64,000 nucleotides of DNA. Origin: an uncultured delta proteobacterium. Lineage in GTDB: Bacteria > Myxococcota_A > Polyangia > Fen-1088. This document shows positions 10,307-21,071 of this stretch, piece by piece. The position numbers were made by a program, and so were the translations under genes. Location of the stretch: positions 47,004 through 111,003 of the forward strand of contig CAVRSU010000022.1 in NCBI GenBank assembly GCA_963723955.1, given 5' to 3'. The stretch's first letter is position 1. Each line of letters begins with the position of its first letter. The notes below the pieces were generated by a model. It worked only from the letters and a program-made list of their open reading frames with translations, was not told where the DNA came from and did not search any database.

Positions 10307-11719
10307 ATGTCCCCAGCCGAGGTTCTTGAGTTCGCAAAGAAGAATGGAGTCAAACTAGTCGACTTCAAGTTCGTGGATCTTCTAGGCCAGTGGCAGCACA
10401 CCACCATGCCTATTCACAAGCTGACGGTAGAGACGTTCACCGAGGGCTTCAACTTCGATGGAAGCTCCATCCGCGGTTGGAAGGCGATCAACGAGTCGGA
10501 CATGACCTGCATTCCCGACTCCAGCACGGCGGTCATCGATCCCTTCATCAAGGAGCCCACGCTGTCGCTGATCGTGGATATCGCGGACGCCGTCACCCAC
10601 CAGCCCTACGCTCGTGACCCGCGCCAAATCGCCCGGAAGGCCGAGCAGTACCTCAAGCAGACCGGAATCGGAGACATCTCGTATTTCGGTCCCGAGCCCG
10701 AGTTCTTCATCTTCGACGAGGTCCGCTTCGGAGAGGGTCCCAACACCTCGTTCTACAAGATCGACTCGAAGGAAGGCCGCTGGAACACCGCCAACGAGGA
10801 AGAAGGTGGCAACCTCGGCTACAAGGTCGACTACAAGCGTGGCTATTTCCCGGTGTCGCCCATCGATACCCAGATCGACATCCGCGCCGAGATGGCGCTG
10901 ACCCTCGAGAAGCTGGGCATCACCGTCGAGGTCTTCCACCACGAGGTGGCGACAGCCGGTCAGGCCGAGCTGTCCATGGTGTTCGGCCCGCTGGTGACCA
11001 TGGCCGACCGGACCATGTGGTACAAGCACGTGGTCAAGAACGTGGCCCGCAAGTGGGGCAAGACCGCGACCTTCATGCCGAAGCCCATCTTCGGCGACAA
11101 CGGCTCGGGCATGCACTGCCACCAGTCGATCTGGAAGGCCGAGAAGAACCTCTTCGCGGGCGACAAGTACGCCGGTCTCTCCGAGACCGCGCTCTACTAC
11201 GTTGGGGGACTCATCAAGCACGCCCCTGCCCTCCTCGCCATCACCAACCCCGGCCTCAACAGCTACCGCCGCTTGGTGCCTGGCTTCGAGGCGCCGGTCA
11301 ACCTGGCGTACTCGTCGCGTAACCGCTCGGCATCGATCCGCGTGCCCGTGGCTTCCTCACCCAAGGCCAAGCGCATCGAATTCCGCTGCCCGGATCCGAT
11401 GGCCAATCCGTACCTGGCCTTCGCGGCCATGTTGCTGGCCGGCATCGACGGCATCCAGAACAAGATCAAGCCCGGCGAGCCGATGGACAAGGACATCTAC
11501 GAGCTTCCTCCCGAGGAGCTCAAAGACATTCCGAAGGCTCCCGGCTCGCTCGAAGAGGCACTTGAGAACCTCAAGAAGGATCACGCCTTCTTGCTCAAGG
11601 GCGATGTCTTCACTAAGGAAGTGGTCGAGACCTGGATCACCTGGAAGGAAGAGAACGAGCTCAAGCCCTCGCGCCTCCGCCCGACGGCCTTCGAGTTCGC
11701 GCAGTACTTCGACGCGTAG
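10307..11719 (+). CDS. glnA: Glutamine synthetase type I
   Basis: 470 aa, intact; classic GS-I N- and C-terminal domains ([19 protein letters not shown]). Confidence 0.95.
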   Translation: MSPAEVLEFAKKNGVKLVDFKFVDLLGQWQHTTMPIHKLTVETFTEGFNFDGSSIRGWKAINESDMTCIPDSSTAVIDPFIKEPTLSLIVDIADAVTHQPYARDPRQIARKAEQYLKQTGIGDISYFGPEPEFFIFDEVRFGEGPNTSFYKIDSKEGRWNTANEEEGGNLGYKVDYKRGYFPVSPIDTQIDIRAEMALTLEKLGITVEVFHHEVATAGQAELSMVFGPLVTMADRTMWYKHVVKNVARKWGKTATFMPKPIFGDNGSGMHCHQSIWKAEKNLFAGDKYAGLSETALYYVGGLIKHAPALLAITNPGLNSYRRLVPGFEAPVNLAYSSRNRSASIRVPVASSPKAKRIEFRCPDPMANPYLAFAAMLLAGIDGIQNKIKPGEPMDKDIYELPPEELKDIPKAPGSLEEALENLKKDHAFLLKGDVFTKEVVETWITWKEENELKPSRLRPTAFEFAQYFDA

Positions 11720-11746
11720 TCGCTGCCGACAGATAGTCACCAGGAG

Positions 11747-11773
11747 AGCCCACCCGCAAAGGTGGGCTTTCTT
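11747..11773 (+). terminator. Rho-independent terminator after glnA
   Basis: AGCCCACC-CGCAAA-GGTGGGCT stem-loop followed by TTCTT. Confidence 0.6.
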
Positions 11774-11888
11774 GCGTTCGGAGCTCGAATTCTGTCAGGC
11801 TGCCGTTCGACCGAGCACTAAATCCGTTGCACGGCAGTAAGGGCCTGCCCTAGAGTTGACCACTTCCCGCTTTATTGTCGGTAGCACG

Positions 11889-12764
11889 ATGCCCAACCTT
11901 TCTTTCGGCGAGCGAATCGCGCAAGGCGCGTGGCGAGTAGCGCCGAAGCGGCTGCTCTCAGGGATGATCGGTTGGGGGGCCAGGCGCAAACTCCCTAGAC
12001 GACTGCAGGCCTCACTTCTGCGTTACTACGCCAAAGTCTACGGACTGAACTGCGCCGAGGCGGAACATCCCATCGAGGACTATCCGAGCCTGCAGGCGTT
12101 CTTCACGCGCCGCTTGGCACGCGGAGCGCGAAGGCTCCCAGTGGACGAAAGTTCGATTGTCGCCCCCTCGGATGGAACCGTCTGCGATGTCGGCTTGGCA
12201 ACCGCCGGAAAACTGCTTGAAGCCAAGGGCTCGGCATTCACCCTGCAAACCCTTTTGGCCGACGAGGCCTTGGCTGCCCGTTTGGTCGGGGGGCCCTATA
12301 TCGTCATCTACCTCTCGCCACGCGACTACCATCGCGTTCACTTCCCGGCCGGCGGCAGGATTGTCGCTTGGAGCCACATCCCGGGCAAGCTCTTTCCGGT
12401 CGGCAGCCGAAGCCTGAAGCGCGAGCCTGGGCTGTTTGCAAGGAACGAGCGATTCGTTACGGTCATCGACGGTCCGCTTGGGCGCTACGCAGTCGTCATG
12501 GTGGCAGCGGTGGGCGTAGGCCATATCACGGCCAGCTACGATCCAGAGGTCGCAACGCACGCTGGAGGTTTCGCCAAAGACATATCGCGCCATAAGTCCT
12601 TTACCCCGCCCATCCCTGTTGCTTGCGGACAAGAACTTGGAATCTTCAACCTAGGCTCCACAACCATTACAATCTTTGAGCCTGGTCGGATCGAGCTCGA
12701 CGAGCTAGTTTCCGATACACAAATTGAGATGGGAACGCCAGTTGGCCGTATCATATCTGGATAG
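11889..12764 (+). CDS. psd: Phosphatidylserine decarboxylase proenzyme
   Basis: YHRVHFP motif and LGST self-cleavage site (FNLGSTTI); ATG 11889 preferred over the upstream TTG at 11856. Confidence 0.85.
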   Translation: MPNLSFGERIAQGAWRVAPKRLLSGMIGWGARRKLPRRLQASLLRYYAKVYGLNCAEAEHPIEDYPSLQAFFTRRLARGARRLPVDESSIVAPSDGTVCDVGLATAGKLLEAKGSAFTLQTLLADEALAARLVGGPYIVIYLSPRDYHRVHFPAGGRIVAWSHIPGKLFPVGSRSLKREPGLFARNERFVTVIDGPLGRYAVVMVAAVGVGHITASYDPEVATHAGGFAKDISRHKSFTPPIPVACGQELGIFNLGSTTITIFEPGRIELDELVSDTQIEMGTPVGRIISG

Positions 12765-12787
12765 GCTCGCGGACAAGCGCAACGTCC

Positions 12788-14692
12788 ATGAACCGCAATA
12801 ACGACACGCCCCAAGCTCCAACCCTGGCCGCAGAAGCAGGCCCCGTTGGCGCGACCCCATCGAGCGCCAAGAACGAGGGCGATGGATTGGTCGATCACGA
12901 TCCGACGCTAAAGTGGATCATCTCGGATCTCACCGAAGGTGGTCAGAAGACCCCGCCGCCGCTTCCCCAACCTACGATCCACTTCAAGCCGAACGAGCGA
13001 ACACCTCCACCCCTTCCACCGGAAGGCAAGTGGAAGTCTGCTTTGTCAGAGTTCGCGGCAAACATTCCTACGCCGCCGCCGATCGCCAAGACGCCACCGC
13101 TGCAGGCCAAGACCCCGCCGCCGCTGGCCAAGGGGCCGGCCGAGGAGAAGACACCTCCGCCGGCCATCACCGCCGAGCTACGAGCGCAGAGGCCCGAGCC
13201 GAACCTCGCGGGCGAGCTGCCCGCCCGCCCAATCGCAACCCAAGGCCCGGCGCCCGTGGTTGTGGTATCCCAAGGCGCCACCCCCGCTGATTTCTTCTCG
13301 GCGGATCCAACGCCTCCTCCTCCGAGCTCGGCAACGTCAGGCAAGGAGACTGGGGCCGCGCCCATCGGTGTTTTGTCCGAGACGTTGGGAAGCGACTCCG
13401 AGCTACCCGCGGATGCGGTCGAATTGATCCCGTCCACGACCGACGATTCTGGCCAGGAATCACGCCCCTCCGCGCCTGCAGAGGAGGGCCGGACAGCGCC
13501 TCCGACAGCGCCAGTGGAGCCGCACCACGATGATACGCCACGCGACGGAATCGAGCTTGGCAAATCCTTGCCGGTGGTTTCGGAGGCGCCGACCGAGCCC
13601 CGCGAGGTCGAACCCGATGCCGTCGAGATGCTGGAATCGGCCGAGCACCAAACAGCGCCAGCCGCCGAACCTGATGCGCAGTCCTCGCTCGCCCAAACAC
13701 CGCCTCCGGTGCCACCTGGACCGTCTGCGCCGTCGGTTCCGTCCGTACCAGCGATGCCATCCGTACCACCCGTAGCGCCCGCAGCCCCGGCCGGGCCAGC
13801 AGCGTCCGAGCAGGCAGCACCCGCCATTCCGCCACCTCCGCCGTTCGCAATTGCGGCTGCCCTGTTCGACGAGTACCAAACGCCCACGACTGGCACTGAC
13901 CCGATCCCCGAAGCCCTCGCCCGCCGTTCGCTCAAGAAACGAGCAAAGCCTTGGTACGAAGAAGTCTTCGACGAGGACTTCCTTCGCACGCTGCCCTTCA
14001 TGACTCCCGAGCAGACGGCTCGCGAGGTCAATTTCATTCGCGACGCTCTGGCGCCGCCCAAAGGTGGAGAGATCCTTGACGTTGGCTGCGGATACGGCCG
14101 ACACTCGCTGGAGCTCGCTCAACAGGGGTTTCGCTTGACTGGACTCGACCTCTCCTTGCCCATGCTCATCCGCGCCGCGGACCATGCTCAGCGACGGGGC
14201 CTTTCGGTCAACTTTGTCCACGCCGACATGCGAGAGATGACCTACAACGGCCAATTCGACGCCGCCTATTGCATGCTGTCCTCGTTTGGGTACTTCGACG
14301 AGGAAACCAACCTGCGCGTGGCCACGGCTATCTGCCGAGCGCTCAAGCCCGGTGGTCGGTTCCTGCTCGATATTATCAACCGGGACTATATCGTCGGCGA
14401 TCTTCCCAGTCGCGTATGGTGGGAAGGCGACGGATGCGTGGTGCTCGAGGAAGTCGATTTCAACTATCACACCAGCAGGGTTCTGATTCGACGGTCGGTG
14501 GTTTTCGGCAACGGTCGTCAGAGCGAGCAGGAGATTTCCCTGCGCGCCTACAGCCTGCACGAAGTCGGCAAGCTGCTGCGCCAAGCGGGGCTACGAGTTC
14601 TCGACGTGTCCGGAGGACTGGCCACCAAGTCCAGATTCTACGGTGCGGCCTCGCGGAACATCATCGCGGCATGCGAGCGCCCTGCGCTCTAG
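12788..14692 (+). CDS. Proline-rich low-complexity N-terminal region fused to a class I SAM-dependent methyltransferase
   Basis: 634 aa; repeated (K/R)TPPP(L/I) motifs in the first 130 aa; C-terminal ILDVGCGYGRHSLELA (motif I) and the rest of the MTase fold. Confidence 0.7.
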   Translation: MNRNNDTPQAPTLAAEAGPVGATPSSAKNEGDGLVDHDPTLKWIISDLTEGGQKTPPPLPQPTIHFKPNERTPPPLPPEGKWKSALSEFAANIPTPPPIAKTPPLQAKTPPPLAKGPAEEKTPPPAITAELRAQRPEPNLAGELPARPIATQGPAPVVVVSQGATPADFFSADPTPPPPSSATSGKETGAAPIGVLSETLGSDSELPADAVELIPSTTDDSGQESRPSAPAEEGRTAPPTAPVEPHHDDTPRDGIELGKSLPVVSEAPTEPREVEPDAVEMLESAEHQTAPAAEPDAQSSLAQTPPPVPPGPSAPSVPSVPAMPSVPPVAPAAPAGPAASEQAAPAIPPPPPFAIAAALFDEYQTPTTGTDPIPEALARRSLKKRAKPWYEEVFDEDFLRTLPFMTPEQTAREVNFIRDALAPPKGGEILDVGCGYGRHSLELAQQGFRLTGLDLSLPMLIRAADHAQRRGLSVNFVHADMREMTYNGQFDAAYCMLSSFGYFDEETNLRVATAICRALKPGGRFLLDIINRDYIVGDLPSRVWWEGDGCVVLEEVDFNYHTSRVLIRRSVVFGNGRQSEQEISLRAYSLHEVGKLLRQAGLRVLDVSGGLATKSRFYGAASRNIIAACERPAL

Positions 14693-14833
14693 CGCAGGGC
14701 TTGGCAATGGGCTAGCAAGCGAGTTTCCCGCTCTGAATTCGCATTGACGGGCTTGGTCCAACAGTGATCTTTGTCACACCTGACCACGCCCTGTTTGGAT
14801 AGGCCGGGGCCGCTGGAGGTACCAACCTGGTGA

Positions 14834-14848
14834 TGGCACTTAAATTGC
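14834..14848 (+). promoter_or_regulatory. Sigma-54 (-24/-12) promoter TGGCAC-TTAAA-TTGC
   Basis: Exact match to TGGCAC-N5-TTGC with GG and GC 12 nt apart, about 145 nt upstream of the sigma-factor start on the same strand. Confidence 0.55.
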
Positions 14849-14992
14849 CAGTCCAATACAACCGATTATCGAGCGTAAGCATCTAAACGTAGAACGAAAC
14901 AAGGAGAAGACCAGGAATATCCATTCTCCCACATCGGTATATAGTGTAGGATATTCATTTAGAGTCGCGGCAACGCGGAAACGGAATGAGCT

Positions 14993-16618
14993 ATGCATAG
15001 AGCTGTAGCCAAGATGAAGAACACCAGGAAAAACCGACCATCCCGAGCGGGACGTCGGCGCAAACCTGATAGACGCGATGCGCCTGTGACGGCGGCAGCT
15101 GTCGAAACATCGTTTCCTCGCCCGGCAAACGACACTGTTGTCGACATCGACTTCGCCGCAGATCCGGCGATGGATCCGGAATTTGTTCAGGCTGGTGGCC
15201 CCGATCTGGATGTTGTCGCGGAGACCCTGGCCTCGGTGGAACCGGATCTGGGGGATGATTCCTTGCCCGATGCCCTGGTGACCAATGCCGCACTTGCGGA
15301 AACCGAATCCGCCGTGGAGTTGCCCGAGGCTCCGGAAGAAAGCGACGACGCGGAAGCGGAAGAAGAGCTGACCGCGGACGGCGAGACCGACGAGGATGCC
15401 GCCCCCACTGCAGCGGGTAGTCCCAAGTCGGACGAGCCCCAGAGTTTCCTCGCGATGTATTTCCGTGACATGGCCGAGCTTTCAGTCCTCAAGCCCGAGC
15501 AAGAATTCGAAACGGCAAGGCACATCGAGGAGATGGAGCTCGACCTGTGGCAGGCTCTGCTCGGCTATGCGCCTTGGGCAGGGCATCTTGTTCTCACCGT
15601 CGAAACCGCGATGGGTAGCACCCTACCCGATCTCAAGACCTTCAAGACGCTGTCCGAGCGAGTGGCGCGCAAGAGCACCGGCCCCGAGAAGAAGAAGCTG
15701 ACCAAGCTGTTCGTCGCCTTGTCGAGCCAGATCAAGGAGCTGGACATCGACCGTGTGTTCGTCGACGCAGCCCTGACCGAGTTGCAGCGACTGAGCGGCG
15801 CGGCTCGCATGCGCCGGCCCATTGAAGGGCTTGGTTTCAACACCGAAACGAAGTCGTTCCAGGAATTTGCTGCAACCATTACCAAGAAATCCGGGGTGGT
15901 CAAGCGAGCCAAGAACGAGTTCGTGAAGGCGAATCTGCGCCTGGTGGTCTCCATCGCGCGCCGATTCAATCACGGCCGCCTGCCCCTGCCTGATCTGATC
16001 CAGGAAGGGAATATCGGACTGATGAAGGCGGTCGAGCGCTACGACTATCGTCGCGGTTTCCGCTTTTCCACCTACGCGAGTTGGTGGATCCGCCACGCCA
16101 TCAGCCGTGCCCTTGCCGACAAGGGACGCGCGGTTCGACTGCCCGTCCATATGATCGACGCCTACCATCGCATCGCCAAGTCCGAGCGCGAATTGCAGTC
16201 GAAGCTCGAACGCCCGGCCACCACGGAGGAGATTGCCTCCGTGACCGGCATTGAGGCCGAAAAGCTGGAGAAGATGCGCACCTTCCTGGCGGACAATCCG
16301 GTCTCCCTGGACCGCTCGTTGTCCGAGGACGACGGACGCCGCCTCATCGACGTGCTCGTGGATCCCAACGAGGCCCCGAGCCCGCCCGAACAGATGATGA
16401 GCAGTGAGACGCAGCAGGAAATGCTCAAGCTGCTGAGCGTGCTCAAGCCCATCGAGGCCGACATCCTGCGCAAGCGCTTCGGTCTCATCAACGATCACGA
16501 GCGCACGCTCAAGGAAATCGGCGACGAGTACCGTCTCTCGCGCGAGCGCGTGCGGCAGCTGCAAGAGCAAGCCTTGGGCAAGATGCGCAAGGCGATGGCC
16601 AAGCGCGAGATACTGTAG
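14993..16618 (+). CDS. RNA polymerase sigma factor, sigma-70 family group 1/2 (RpoD-like) with acidic N-terminal region
   Basis: DLIQEGNIGLMKAVERYD, STYASWWIRHAI (region 2), TLKEIGDEYRLSRERVRQL (region 4.2). Confidence 0.85.
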   Translation: MHRAVAKMKNTRKNRPSRAGRRRKPDRRDAPVTAAAVETSFPRPANDTVVDIDFAADPAMDPEFVQAGGPDLDVVAETLASVEPDLGDDSLPDALVTNAALAETESAVELPEAPEESDDAEAEEELTADGETDEDAAPTAAGSPKSDEPQSFLAMYFRDMAELSVLKPEQEFETARHIEEMELDLWQALLGYAPWAGHLVLTVETAMGSTLPDLKTFKTLSERVARKSTGPEKKKLTKLFVALSSQIKELDIDRVFVDAALTELQRLSGAARMRRPIEGLGFNTETKSFQEFAATITKKSGVVKRAKNEFVKANLRLVVSIARRFNHGRLPLPDLIQEGNIGLMKAVERYDYRRGFRFSTYASWWIRHAISRALADKGRAVRLPVHMIDAYHRIAKSERELQSKLERPATTEEIASVTGIEAEKLEKMRTFLADNPVSLDRSLSEDDGRRLIDVLVDPNEAPSPPEQMMSSETQQEMLKLLSVLKPIEADILRKRFGLINDHERTLKEIGDEYRLSRERVRQLQEQALGKMRKAMAKREIL

Positions 16619-16626
16619 TTTCGGCC

Positions 16627-17560
16627 CTACCAGGACACTATTGTCCCCGACGGAATGGGGTGTCCTGCCAGGAGGGCCTTTGCCGACATGCGCTTTCGGC
16701 CGGGCAGCTGGATTTCTGAGAAGGCTATGACACCCGTGCCGCAGGCGATGGCCAGTCCCTGTGGGCGAAGTCCCAAGACCTCGCCAGGTTGACCTTGGCC
16801 ATCGACAGTCGCTGGGAAAAAAACCTTGGCCGCCTCGCCGTGCAGAAGCACGGTCGCGCCTGGCCATGGATCCACGCCGCGGGCGCGCGCCGACACGACT
16901 TGGGCGGCCTGCCCAAAGTCGAGTTGCCCATCCGCCTTGGTCAGAGGCGGAGCGAGCGTGGCCGAGGCGTGGTCCTGCTCGCGAAGTTCCACGGTTCCGG
17001 CCGCGATGCGCGGCAGGGTTTCGGCCAACAGACGAGCGCCAAGCGGCGCGAGACGCACGGACAAGGAACCCGCCGTGTCGTCGGCACGAATGGGTTCGCG
17101 CACAAGTGCCGCCACTGGCCCGGTATCAAGTCCCTCTTCCATGCGCATGATGGCCACGCCGGTTTCGGGTTCGCCCCGAATCACCGACCACTGAATAGGC
17201 GCCGCTCCTCGAAACTTGGGCAGGAGCGAGGCGTGCACGTTCCAAGGACCGAGCTTTGGTACCGCGAGCAGGTCGGGCGGCAGGATCCTGCCATAGGCGA
17301 CAACCACGAACAGATCAGGAGAAAGGGATGCCGAGATCCCGCGCGAGCAGGCCATCGCGCAACTTGGCCGGCTGGAGAACCGGAAGGCCGAGCCCGCTGG
17401 CAAGAACCTTCACGGCGGACGGCTGGAGCTTCGCGCCGCGGCCCGCTGGCCGGTCGGGTTGGGTAACGACGGCGACGACCTCATGGCTCTCTGCCATGGC
17501 AGCTAGCGCCGGAACCGCAAATTCAGGTGATCCGAAAAAAACAATGCGCAAGACCTTCAC
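16627..17560 (-). CDS. fmt: Methionyl-tRNA formyltransferase, frame disrupted (one shift near 17335-17345)
   Basis: N-terminus [17 protein letters not shown]... in ORF 17315-17560 (GTG start); remainder ([25 protein letters not shown]) in ORF 16627-17403. Confidence 0.85.
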
Positions 17561-18774
17561 CCTCTTGAAATGCGGGACGGCGAAGGCGTTGCGCCAGATT
17601 TCTCCGGTTCGCTGTCGGCATCTGGACCGTGGGCCAGATTGAATTCATAAGCCGAACGAAGCGCCGGTGTGGAAAGGACGCGCAGTCCCTCGGCAAGCAC
17701 CTCTTCGATGGTCCCGATTTGCTCCCTGAGCTCGTGCCAGAGCTCCGGGCCCAGAGTCTCGGGCGCAATCTCCTTGCACAGTCGGGCGTGGGCCCGGCGC
17801 ACGTCGCTGGCGTCCGCAGTGCGATCGACACCAAGAACACGGAAGTAGTCGCCATCGTTGGCGAGCGCATGGCGCGACTGAACCCGCTCGCGATCGATGC
17901 TCAGATCGCGCAAGCCCACGCGCACGCCTCCCCGCGAACCTCCGTCCGCATCCACCGGCCGCAAGGCCCCGAAGCAGGACAAGGTCAAGGCAATCTTTTG
18001 CACCGTCAGCTCGGGAATCCCCGTGGAACGCGCTACATCCTCGATCGAGCGAACGCCGTCGAAGAGCATGGGAACTCGCATCTCCGCCCGCTCTGTCACG
18101 GCCTGGGCCGTGATATCGGCGGCGCTGGTCGAATTGTCGACCAGGAAAACCTTCGGCCCCACGCCGAGGCGCACCGCAACCTTGTCCGTGGGATAGCCCT
18201 TTTCAAGCCCTTCGCGCACCAGCGCCGCCGGGTGGCGCAGCAGCCGGGTTCGGTCCGGCCCCGCGGTCACCTCGGGATCGATTTGCCAACGCCCGTCGCT
18301 CCAGGAAAAGAGCGAGAGGATGATGCTTTCATAGTGGCGGCGAACGGCGGGCAGCAGTTCATCGCTGCGCAGAAAACCAAGGTCCACGAGGACGGCGCCA
18401 ACCTTGCGTCCAGTGGCATCGACAACGCGGGCGGCTTCCTCGCACTGGCGAGCGTCGATCGCGCCTTCGCGAACGAGCATGGCCAACATCCTGTCGGACG
18501 CGTCCTCTGAGGCAGCCATCACCGGAAGCCCGGCCTCGAAGTAGATGGACTTCTCAACGGCCTCGCGGCGGAGGCGCAGCCGACCGGTCATGCCCTCGCT
18601 GAACGCCCGACCCAGCAAGAGAGGCAAGTCTCGATCCGCAAGGTCGCCGCCCGCGACCGGACCGTCGTCCACCAGGTTCTGCAAAGCGGTCGACATCTCG
18701 GCGTCCAAGATGCCGTCGATGTTTTCCGCCAGACGTCCCAGCAACCTGGTCGGGTCTTCATTGCTCGGTTTCAT
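17557..18774 (-). CDS. DUF4388-like domain protein with C-terminal J-like domain lacking HPD
   Basis: [27 protein letters not shown] segment resembles DUF4388; [24 protein letters not shown] resembles a J-domain helix but no HPD tripeptide; its start shares one base with the priA stop (TGATG). Confidence 0.5.
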   Translation of the reverse strand: MKPSNEDPTRLLGRLAENIDGILDAEMSTALQNLVDDGPVAGGDLADRDLPLLLGRAFSEGMTGRLRLRREAVEKSIYFEAGLPVMAASEDASDRMLAMLVREGAIDARQCEEAARVVDATGRKVGAVLVDLGFLRSDELLPAVRRHYESIILSLFSWSDGRWQIDPEVTAGPDRTRLLRHPAALVREGLEKGYPTDKVAVRLGVGPKVFLVDNSTSAADITAQAVTERAEMRVPMLFDGVRSIEDVARSTGIPELTVQKIALTLSCFGALRPVDADGGSRGGVRVGLRDLSIDRERVQSRHALANDGDYFRVLGVDRTADASDVRRAHARLCKEIAPETLGPELWHELREQIGTIEEVLAEGLRVLSTPALRSAYEFNLAHGPDADSEPEKSGATPSPSRISRG

Positions 18775-21062
18775 CACAGGACACTCTGCGGATCTACATC
18801 TACCTCAAGACGCACGCCTCGGGGAAGCGACACACGCTGCGTTGTTCGTGTCACGGTGAGTAGTTTCCCGCGATCATGGCTCGACAGCCAGACCTGAAAG
18901 CGCGTCCGTCCCCGCAAGCGCGCAATGGGTGCCTCGGATGGTCCCAGAACGCGAACCGCCGAATCCGCGACCGAACGCGCGCGCGCGGCCGCCGCAGTCG
19001 CAGCCTCGCGAACAGCGGCCGCATCCGTTCCGTCCAAACGCAACACGACCATGCGCGCGTACGGCGGGTATTGCGCCTCTTCTCGATGCACAAGCTCGTC
19101 TTGCACGAACCCCTCGTAGTCGTGCCGCTGCAGGAACCGAATGGCGGCGTGCTCGGGGTTGTAGGTTTGGACGAGAATTCGGCCCGGGCTTTCGCCGCGC
19201 CCAGCCCTACCCGCCACCTGTTCCATGATTTGGAAGGCGCGCTCGGAGGCGCGAAAGTCTGGCAGGTGAATGCCTTGGTCGGGTTGGAGAATACCAACCA
19301 GGGTCACGCCGCCGAAGTCGTGCCCCTTGGTCACCATCTGGGTCCCGACCAAAATGTCGACCTCGCGCCGATGAACCCGGTCGAGAAACGCCTCCAGCTG
19401 GCCTCGCCCACTGATAGCGCTATCGCGATCGAGTCGAGCTACGCGCGCCTGCGGAAAGCGCTGGCGCACCAGGGTTTCCACGCGCTCGGTGCCGCTGCCC
19501 ATACCTTCCAGGCTCTTGGCCTTGCACGCTGGGCAGGTCTCGCGAACGAGTTCAGCGCGACCGCAGTAGTGACAAAGCAGACGCCCGCGCGACTGGTGCA
19601 GGGTTAGCGAGACCGCGCAGTCGTTGCAGCGCAGGACGTGCCCGCACGCCACGCAGTGGACGAAGGTGGAAAAACCGCGGCGGTTGAGAAACAGAATGGT
19701 CTGTTCGCCCGCCGCCAGCGCCTGATCCACGGCCAGGGCAAGTGGTGGAGAGAGCAGCCCGTCGGGCCCGAGCTGGTGTCGACGCAGATCGATGATTTCG
19801 ACCGGTGGCAATGGTCGTTTGGCGGCCGCGGGGTTGGCACGGACCGGCAGAAGCAGTCGTGTGAAGCGGCCGAGAAGGACGTTGCGATAGGTCTCGAGAC
19901 AAGGTGTGGCCGAGCCCAAGATGGCAATCGCACGACCAAGGCTCGCGCGCATGACCGCCAGATCCCGGGCGTTGTAGCGAAAGCCGTCCTCTTGTTTGAA
20001 CGAACCATCGTGCTCCTCATCGACCACGACTACGGCCAAATCGCGCACGGGCGCGAACACCGCCGAGCGCGCGCCCACCGCGATGCCGACTTCGCCTCGG
20101 CGCAAGCGCCGCCAGGCTGCGGCCCTCTCTCCCGCGGGCAGCCCGCTGTGCAGAACAGCCACGTCGTCCCCGAAGCGAGCGCGAAAGCGGGCAGCAAGCT
20201 GCGGTGTCAGTGCGATCTCGGGCACCAAAACCAACGCGCCCAGCCCGCGCTTGCGCGCCTCGGCGATAATTCGCAGATAGACCTCGGTCTTCCCCGAGCC
20301 GGTAATTCCTTGCAGGACAAACGTCGCGTAGCCCTGGCCGAGAGCGACGAGCAAGGCGGAAAGCGCATCCTGCTGGCAAGTGTTGAGCGTCGGCAATGGC
20401 TCGGGCTCGGCAGCACCAGCACGGGTGTTTTCATCGGGCGCAGCTTGCCTTCGTTTGGCGCCACGAATGGTGTTGGTGATCTCCACAAAACCTCGCTCGA
20501 CCAGGAAGCTCACGCGTGAAGATTCTGCAGCGGACGCACGCGCGATTCCTGTCAAGCTGAGGGTACGAGCCTTCTTGAGCCGGGCCAAGAACGCGCGATC
20601 GTCCGCGTCGAGCGCCATGGCGGAGAGGCCAGAAGGGCTTGGGTCCGCAACCGCAGCCAGTCCCGCGCTGGTCAGCCGCACACGCCTGGCAGCCGAGGCC
20701 CGTTCGCCACTCGGCAACGCTGCACTCAGGACCTCGCCGAGAGGAGCGAGGTAATAATTCGAGGCCCACCGACAGAGCTCGAGCACCGCCTCGTCGAGCA
20801 CAGGGCCGGTGCCCACCACTTCCAGAATCTCGCGCACAACCTTGCCTGTGCTGGCGACGCCGGCTTGGGCATGCCCAACAACGAAACCGGTTACGGTTCG
20901 CCGGCCGAAAGGTACGACCACCTGCGAGCCCAAGGCAAGCGGTGCACCCCCGCGCGAATCCCGGTAGGTGAAGACATCGGCAAGAGGCAGCACCACCGCA
21001 ACTTCGAGCAGCACTTCCCCGTCGGACATTTTCGCGGATGGAGAGCCGTGCGTAGACACCAC
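18774..21062 (-). CDS. priA: Primosomal replication-restart helicase PriA
   Basis: 762 aa; GITGSGKTEVY Walker A, DEEHD box, cysteine-rich CVACG...CNDC...CHYCG...CPACK insertion. Confidence 0.9.
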   Translation of the reverse strand: MVSTHGSPSAKMSDGEVLLEVAVVLPLADVFTYRDSRGGAPLALGSQVVVPFGRRTVTGFVVGHAQAGVASTGKVVREILEVVGTGPVLDEAVLELCRWASNYYLAPLGEVLSAALPSGERASAARRVRLTSAGLAAVADPSPSGLSAMALDADDRAFLARLKKARTLSLTGIARASAAESSRVSFLVERGFVEITNTIRGAKRRQAAPDENTRAGAAEPEPLPTLNTCQQDALSALLVALGQGYATFVLQGITGSGKTEVYLRIIAEARKRGLGALVLVPEIALTPQLAARFRARFGDDVAVLHSGLPAGERAAAWRRLRRGEVGIAVGARSAVFAPVRDLAVVVVDEEHDGSFKQEDGFRYNARDLAVMRASLGRAIAILGSATPCLETYRNVLLGRFTRLLLPVRANPAAAKRPLPPVEIIDLRRHQLGPDGLLSPPLALAVDQALAAGEQTILFLNRRGFSTFVHCVACGHVLRCNDCAVSLTLHQSRGRLLCHYCGRAELVRETCPACKAKSLEGMGSGTERVETLVRQRFPQARVARLDRDSAISGRGQLEAFLDRVHRREVDILVGTQMVTKGHDFGGVTLVGILQPDQGIHLPDFRASERAFQIMEQVAGRAGRGESPGRILVQTYNPEHAAIRFLQRHDYEGFVQDELVHREEAQYPPYARMVVLRLDGTDAAAVREAATAAAARARSVADSAVRVLGPSEAPIARLRGRTRFQVWLSSHDRGKLLTVTRTTQRVSLPRGVRLEVDVDPQSVL

Positions 21063-21071
21063 CCATGCTTC

